A stretch of DNA of 63,507 nt, counting the filler, from Dehalococcoidia bacterium (GTDB taxonomy: Bacteria > Chloroflexota > Dehalococcoidia > DSTF01 > JACRBR01): NCBI GenBank assembly GCA_041494685.1. It is 4 parts of 4 records of this genome, joined end to end, with 100 filler letters (N's around TTAATTAATTAA, not from the genome) between each part and the next. Parts side by side here need not be neighbours in the genome. Positions count along the whole stretch, not along the records: positions 50,360 to 63,507 come from JBGQBE010000063.1; 3 more parts are not named here. One strand, 5' to 3'. Below are positions 58,348-63,507 of this stretch, piece after piece. How positions within the stretch are numbered: the first letter of the stretch is position 1; the number at the start of each line of letters is the position of its first letter. Position numbers and translations under genes: made by a program. The notes below the pieces were generated by a model. That model was given only the letters and a program-made list of their open reading frames with translations, was not told the DNA's origin and did no database searches.

Positions 58348-60039
58348 ATGGGAGGGTTCAGCGGGCTCCAGAAGATCGTCGCGCTTTCGCTCATCACGTT
58401 TCTTGCGCTGTTCGTGGCGGCGAAGTTCTCGCACGGCGATGCGAGTGGCACGGCGACAGGGACGGCGGTCAACGCCGTCAGCTATTCAGGCAACGGCGGC
58501 AGCGCGTTCTCAGACGAGTGTCAGGCCGCGGCCGACGACGCGGCGGCGGCGAAGTGCGCTGCCGCGGATCCCGGCGCGCTTGCGTCTCAGGTCGGGCACA
58601 ACAAGCTCGGCATCAACTTCAGCTGGACGCTCATCACCGGCGCGTTCGTGCTCTTCATGCAGGCGGGATTCGCGCTGCTGACGACGGGCCTGACGCGAGC
58701 GAAGAACGCCGGGCACATGATGATGCTGAACTTCGCCGCCTTTGTCATCGCCTTCATCGGATATTGGACGGTGGGCTTTGCGTTCCAGTTCGGAGGCGCC
58801 GCGATCAACGCGGCACCCGGCAACCTGGGCGGAGCGATGGTGCTGGGGCATCTCGTGAACGCCCACAGCAACGATTGGGGCCTCTTCGGCGTACATGGCT
58901 TCCTGTTGCAGTCGGGCAAGTCGTATGACGTGGGCGCGCTGGCGCTGTTCTTCTTCGAAGTCGTCTTTATGGAGACGGCGGGCTACATCATTGTCGGCGC
59001 GATCGCTGAACGCATCAATTTCAAGACGTTTATCTTCGCGGAGTTGACCGTTGGCGCGATCATCTACCCGTTGTACGGCAATTGGGTCTGGGGCGGCGGC
59101 TGGCTCTCCCAGATCGGCGATACGATGAACCTGGGGCACGGTGCGGTGGACTTCGCGGGTTCGGGCGTCGTACATGCGACGGGCGGCTTCGCGGCGCTGG
59201 CGCTCGCGATCTTGCTTGGCCCGCGCATCGGCAAATTCAATGAGGACGGTACGCCGAACGCGTTCCCGGGCCACAACATTCCGTTTGTGGTCACCGGCAC
59301 GTTCATCTTGCTCTTCGGCTGGATGGGCTTCAACCCCGGCTCGACGCTGGGTGCGACCGACCTGCGCATCTCGGTCGTCATCGTGAACACGCTGACCGCA
59401 TCCGTGTTCGGCGGGGCCGCGGCCATGGCGTGGACCGGCTGGCACTACGGCAAACCCGACATTTCGATGTCGTGCAACGGCATGCTCGCGGGCCTGGTCG
59501 CGATCACCGCGCCGTGTGCGTTCGTATCGCCGTGGGCGGCGGCTATGATCGGCTTCATCGCGGGTTTCATCGTCTGCTTCGGCGTCTGGTTCTTCGACCA
59601 CGTCGCGAAGGTGGACGACCCGTGCGGCGCGGTGTCGGTACACGGCCTCTGCGGCGCCTGGGGCGTCATCGCCCTGGGGCTGTTCGCGGACGGCACGTAC
59701 GGTTCCGGCTGGAACGGACAGGCGGGCAACGTGACCGGGCTGTTCTACGGCGATGCCGGCCAGCTTGGCGCGCAGGCCGTCAGCCTCGCGGTCTGCTTCG
59801 GGTGGGGCTTCGGCGTCACGGCGGTGCTGTTCGGTACGTACAAGATGTTCACGTCGATGCGCGTCGACCCGGCCGTGGAGATCATGGGTCTCGACGTGCC
59901 CGAATTCGGCGTCCCCGGCTACGCGGGCTTCGTGATGGAGCGGGAGTTGCACGGCGCCATCCCGATGGAGCTGCTGCAGCAGGCGGGCATGGCGCCCGTG
60001 TCCGGGGTGCGCCCGACGCTCGGTGGAGCGACTCCGTAG
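58348..60039 (+). CDS. amt: Ammonium transporter
   Basis: FMQAGF, DFAGSGVVH, GWMGFN.GS and DDPCGAVSVHG motifs. Confidence 0.96.
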   Translation: MGGFSGLQKIVALSLITFLALFVAAKFSHGDASGTATGTAVNAVSYSGNGGSAFSDECQAAADDAAAAKCAAADPGALASQVGHNKLGINFSWTLITGAFVLFMQAGFALLTTGLTRAKNAGHMMMLNFAAFVIAFIGYWTVGFAFQFGGAAINAAPGNLGGAMVLGHLVNAHSNDWGLFGVHGFLLQSGKSYDVGALALFFFEVVFMETAGYIIVGAIAERINFKTFIFAELTVGAIIYPLYGNWVWGGGWLSQIGDTMNLGHGAVDFAGSGVVHATGGFAALALAILLGPRIGKFNEDGTPNAFPGHNIPFVVTGTFILLFGWMGFNPGSTLGATDLRISVVIVNTLTASVFGGAAAMAWTGWHYGKPDISMSCNGMLAGLVAITAPCAFVSPWAAAMIGFIAGFIVCFGVWFFDHVAKVDDPCGAVSVHGLCGAWGVIALGLFADGTYGSGWNGQAGNVTGLFYGDAGQLGAQAVSLAVCFGWGFGVTAVLFGTYKMFTSMRVDPAVEIMGLDVPEFGVPGYAGFVMERELHGAIPMELLQQAGMAPVSGVRPTLGGATP

Positions 60040-60178
60040 CGGTTCTGTAAGCCGGTAGTGTCGCGTGCATGCACGCGGGCTATGCGGAGGTGGCCCTCTC
60101 CTCCTCCCCTGGCGCTGGGGGCCGCCTCCGTTCATCTTGACTCGCGGGTATCTCGCGGGATCGATGAAGGAGGGAATC

Positions 60179-60517
60179 ATGGAAAAGATCGACGCAATCC
60201 TGCGCGAAGAGCGGCTGCCGATCGTGCTGGCGGCGCTCGGTGAACTCGGTTATGGCGGTATCACGATCACCCCGGTCCGCGGGCACGGACGGCAGCGAGG
60301 CGTCGTGCAGCAGTGGCGCAGCACGGAGTTCCGGGTCGACTTCCTGCCGAAGGTGAAGATCGAGATGATCGTCGACAATAAGGACACGGACCGGATCATC
60401 CAGACGATCTGCGAGAACGCGCGCACGGGAAGCGTGGGCGACGGCAAGATCTGGGTGACACCCGTGAGCCACCTCGTCCGCGTGCGCACCGGCGAGACGG
60501 GCGAAGCCGCGATCTGA
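60179..60517 (+). CDS. glnK: P-II nitrogen regulatory protein (GlnK-type by context)
   Basis: 112 aa; GHGRQRG, LPKVKIE, TGSVGDGKIW, RVRTGE; follows amt. Confidence 0.92.
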   Translation: MEKIDAILREERLPIVLAALGELGYGGITITPVRGHGRQRGVVQQWRSTEFRVDFLPKVKIEMIVDNKDTDRIIQTICENARTGSVGDGKIWVTPVSHLVRVRTGETGEAAI

Positions 60518-60523
60518 CGTCGA

Positions 60524-61210
60524 TCAGCCGTCGGGCAGGGGACCGGTCAGCGAGGCCCGCTGCGAGATCTCGATCCAGTTGCCGTCAGGGTCGCGCACGA
60601 ACGAGATGCGCGCCGTCGTGCCGAGGGTGAGCGGCGCGCGCCCCTCGGCACCGCCGCGCGCGACGATGCCGGCGTGCTCCGCATCGACGTTGCGGACCTG
60701 GATCGTGATGTAGCGGAAGCCGCGCGCGGTCATCTGCGCGACCGCGACCGCGGACGGATCCTCTTCGAAGGACAGCAGCGAGTCGCCGCAGCGGTACGTC
60801 GTGTCACCCGTGCGCTCCAGGGCGAGCGCCTCGCCGTAGAAGCGGTGGTGCGCGGCGGCGTCGCGGACCGCGAGGTGCACCTGGATGCCGGCGATGCCGC
60901 CGTGGCCCGGCGGCACCAGCACGATGCGGTTGCCGTCGGGGTCGGTGAGCGCGCGCGGCGCGGGGAGGCCTACGCGCGCGATGCGGAGCTCGCGGTAGCC
61001 GGCCTGTGCCGCTTCGCGCATGGGATCGCGGACGGAGTTGAGCTTCAGCACGGAGCCGTTCATCGCGTGGCGGTGCTGGCGCTGGCCCGGCCCGAGCGGC
61101 AGCGTCTCCTCGAACGCGAGGCCGACCTCCTGTTGCCAGAAGGCCAGCATGGCCTCGGTGTTGTTCGTGAACAGCCCGACGTCGATGTGCTGCTTCGCCA
61201 GATCCAGCAT
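60524..61210 (-). CDS. VOC/glyoxalase family protein (two domains)
   Basis: DPDGN motif occurs twice. Confidence 0.85.
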   Translation of the reverse strand: MLDLAKQHIDVGLFTNNTEAMLAFWQQEVGLAFEETLPLGPGQRQHRHAMNGSVLKLNSVRDPMREAAQAGYRELRIARVGLPAPRALTDPDGNRIVLVPPGHGGIAGIQVHLAVRDAAAHHRFYGEALALERTGDTTYRCGDSLLSFEEDPSAVAVAQMTARGFRYITIQVRNVDAEHAGIVARGGAEGRAPLTLGTTARISFVRDPDGNWIEISQRASLTGPLPDG

Positions 61211-61245
61211 GGTTACGTGACTATCTTCCGTTGCGCGGGCACGTG

Positions 61246-61341
61246 TCAGTTGACGCGGCGCTCGAAGTCGATTGAGGTGGGGACGATGGCGGTCTTGGCG
61301 GCGCGGCGCAGGAAATCGTCGACGAGCAGCGGCACTTCCAC
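61246..61341 (-). pseudogene. Remnant of an acyl-CoA synthetase N-terminus
   Basis: GTG-start 31-aa ORF MEVPLLVDDFLRRAAKTAIVPTSIDFERRVN with AGGAGG RBS and TACAAT upstream. Confidence 0.55.
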
Positions 61342-61833
61342 GGCAGGGCACCCTCCTGGTCGATCGTTGTGGTTGGGCGATTGTACTCCGGCGGCGTACG
61401 CCCGAGCACGCAGAACCAAGAACCGAGGACGTAGAACAAGAACTCAGGGCCCAGAGCCTGGGACTTGAGGTACCTCCTTTTGCGTTATGTTGCGCGAATC
61501 GAATCTGACGATGTACCTGTTTTGTAATTTCGACCTTTCTCGGGCGGCTTCGCCGCGCGGCGCCGCCGCAGGACCAAGAACCCAGAACCTAAGCGGGGAG
61601 CGAGCACTGGCCGCGCGCCTGGGGGCACGTCGAGTTTGCTCGGCACTTTTCGGTGTTTGGCGGGCCGTTGGGGCGATTTCGTGGTGCATGTTCGGCTCCT
61701 TGCGGGCGGCGATGCGCGATGGGCGCGGCCGGTCGCGGGGCGATGGTAGGGGATCGCGGCGCGGATCTCGTAGCGGCGCGTGTCACGGGGGAGCGGTGAG
61801 CGGTGAGCGGTTGGCGGTTGGAAGCGCGACAGC

Positions 61834-61857
61834 GGGCGCAGCAGGCTGCGCCCCTAC
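61834..61857 (-). repeat. REP-like palindrome (copy of 19710-19733)
   Basis: Identical 24-mer. Confidence 0.8.
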
Positions 61858-61923
61858 GGGAGCGGAGTGTCGCGGGCGGCGCCGTCAATTGCCCTCGGAG
61901 GCGCCGGGTTCGTAGACTTCGGC

Positions 61924-63507
61924 ATGGCAACTGACAGCAATGGCAAGCAGTCCGTCGAGCGCGACGTCCCGTTCGAGACATCTTCCGGCAGGCCGGTGAA
62001 GCCGCAGTACACGCCGGCGGACGTGGCGGACTTCGACTATATGCAGAAGCTGGGGTTGCCCGGCGAGTACCCGTTCACGCGCGGCGTGCAGCCGACGATG
62101 TACCGGGGGCGCTTCTGGACGATGCGCCAGTACGCGGGCTTCTCCGACGCGGAGGAGTCGAACCGGCGCTACAAGTACCTGCTCTCGCAGGGGCAGACGG
62201 GGCTGTCGGTGGCGTTCGACCTGCCGACGCAGATCGGCTACGACCCGGACGACGAGATGGCCGAGGGCGAGGTGGGCAAGGTCGGCGTGTCGATCTGCTC
62301 GATCGACGACATGGAGACGCTGTTCCGGGACATCCCGCTGGACACGGTGACGACGTCGATGACGATCAACGCGACGGCGGCGATCCTGCTGGCGCTGTAC
62401 GTGGCGGTGGCGAAGAAGCAGGGGGCGGACCTGTCGAAGGTCGGCGGCACGACGCAGAACGACATCCTGAAGGAGTACATCGCGCGGGGGACATACATCT
62501 TCCCGCCGCGGCCGTCGCTGCGGCTGATCACGGACGTGTTCGCGTGGTGCAACGAGAGCCTGCCGCTCTGGAACACGATCAGCATCAGCGGCTATCACAT
62601 GCGCGAGGCCGGCTGCACGGCGGCGCAGGAGGTGGGGTTCACGATCGCGGACGCGATCCAGTACACGCAGGCGGCGCTGGACCGCGGCCTGAAGATCGAC
62701 GACTTCGCGCCGCGGCTGGCGTTCTTCTTCGCGTGCCACAGCAACTTCCTGGAGGAGATCGCGAAGTTCCGGGCGGCGCGGCGGCTGTGGGCGCGCGTGA
62801 TGAAGGAGCGGTTCGGGGCGAAGGACCCGCGCTCAATGATGATGCGCTTCCACACGCAGACGGGCGGCGCGACGCTGACGGCGCAGCAGCCGGTGAACAA
62901 CCTGGTGCGCACGGCGCTGCAGGGGCTCTCGGCGGTGCTGGGGGGGACGCAGTCGCTGCACACGAACAGCTACGACGAGGCGCTGTCGCTGCCGAGCCAG
63001 CACGCGGCGGAGCTGGCGCTGCGGACGCAGCAGATCATCGCGTACGAGACGGGGGTGGGCGACACGATCGACCCGGTGGCGGGCTCGTGGTACATCGAGC
63101 ACCTGACGGACGAGGTGGAGCGGGACGCCGAGGACTACGTGCGGCGCATCGACGAGATGGGCGGGGCGCTGGCGGCGGTGGAGCGCGGCTTCCAGGCGCA
63201 GGAGATCCACGAGAACGCGTTCCGCATCCAGCGGGACATCGAGGCGCGGCGGAAGATCGTGGTAGGGGTGAACGAGTTCGTGGACGAGGAGCGGCCGGCG
63301 ACGGGGCTGCACCAGCACGACGTGACGGTGGGGCAGCGCCGCAAGGAGCAGATGCGGAAGCTGCGGGCGGGCCGCGACAACGGCCGCGTGGCGGCGTCGC
63401 TGGCGCGGCTGGAGACGGCGGCGCGGGGCGACGACAACATGATGCCGCTGCTCATCGAGGCGGTGGAGCAGTACGTGACGCTGGGCGAGATCTGCAAGAC
63501 GCTGCGC
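61924..63507 (+). CDS. Methylmalonyl-CoA mutase, substrate-binding subunit (runs off the window end)
   Basis: Absent from the ORF track because it has no stop. Hand translation gives PGEYPFTRG...[34 protein letters not shown] and [10 protein letters not shown]. The Tyr in RQY and Arg in ARG fit MCM rather than isobutyryl-CoA mutase. Confidence 0.93.
   Translation, partial: MATDSNGKQSVERDVPFETSSGRPVKPQYTPADVADFDYMQKLGLPGEYPFTRGVQPTMYRGRFWTMRQYAGFSDAEESNRRYKYLLSQGQTGLSVAFDLPTQIGYDPDDEMAEGEVGKVGVSICSIDDMETLFRDIPLDTVTTSMTINATAAILLALYVAVAKKQGADLSKVGGTTQNDILKEYIARGTYIFPPRPSLRLITDVFAWCNESLPLWNTISISGYHMREAGCTAAQEVGFTIADAIQYTQAALDRGLKIDDFAPRLAFFFACHSNFLEEIAKFRAARRLWARVMKERFGAKDPRSMMMRFHTQTGGATLTAQQPVNNLVRTALQGLSAVLGGTQSLHTNSYDEALSLPSQHAAELALRTQQIIAYETGVGDTIDPVAGSWYIEHLTDEVERDAEDYVRRIDEMGGALAAVERGFQAQEIHENAFRIQRDIEARRKIVVGVNEFVDEERPATGLHQHDVTVGQRRKEQMRKLRAGRDNGRVAASLARLETAARGDDNMMPLLIEAVEQYVTLGEICKTLR

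Overview
High-GC bacterial sequence (roughly 70% by eye). It is four contigs joined by artificial N-TTAATTAATTAA-N linkers (18893-18992, 35673-35772, 50260-50359), so adjacency across those points means nothing. Protein signatures suggest Chloroflexota, probably Dehalococcoidia (inference from the Clp N-terminus MRQDRFTQQAQEVL...QWDVEH and the dnaJ-hspR-clp layout). Contig 1: cobT-cobS-cobU, rhomboid protease, MerR regulator, a GH-like protein with two SDRs, an inositol-lipid (PIM-like) cluster led by an XRE-HTH::myo-inositol-1-phosphate synthase fusion, a low-GC GmrSD-type restriction islet, and mfd. Contig 2: clp-hspR-dnaJ, a candidate ncRNA, two orphan secreted Cys-rich proteins, a FadF-like Fe-S oxidoreductase, recF, fpg, nagA, and mtnA-mtnP-GNAT-ahcY-metK. 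Contig 3: tRNA-Gln and tRNA-Glu, assorted enzymes, and pstSCABB-phoU-phoP-phoR. Contig 4: WS/DGAT, CoA-transferase, MFS plus flippase, P450, amt-PII and methylmalonyl-CoA mutase. The best candidate for an undescribed system is the inositol glycolipid locus. It has an HTH-Ino1 fusion with an internal RBS, two palindromic operators, two PatA-like acyltransferases, a PHP phosphoesterase and a PimA-like glycosyltransferase. Also notable are an active/pseudo-enzyme SDR pair, an unassigned structured RNA, several readable operators, frequent leaderless promoters, and REP-like and heptamer repeats. All calls come from reading the sequence; no searches were run.
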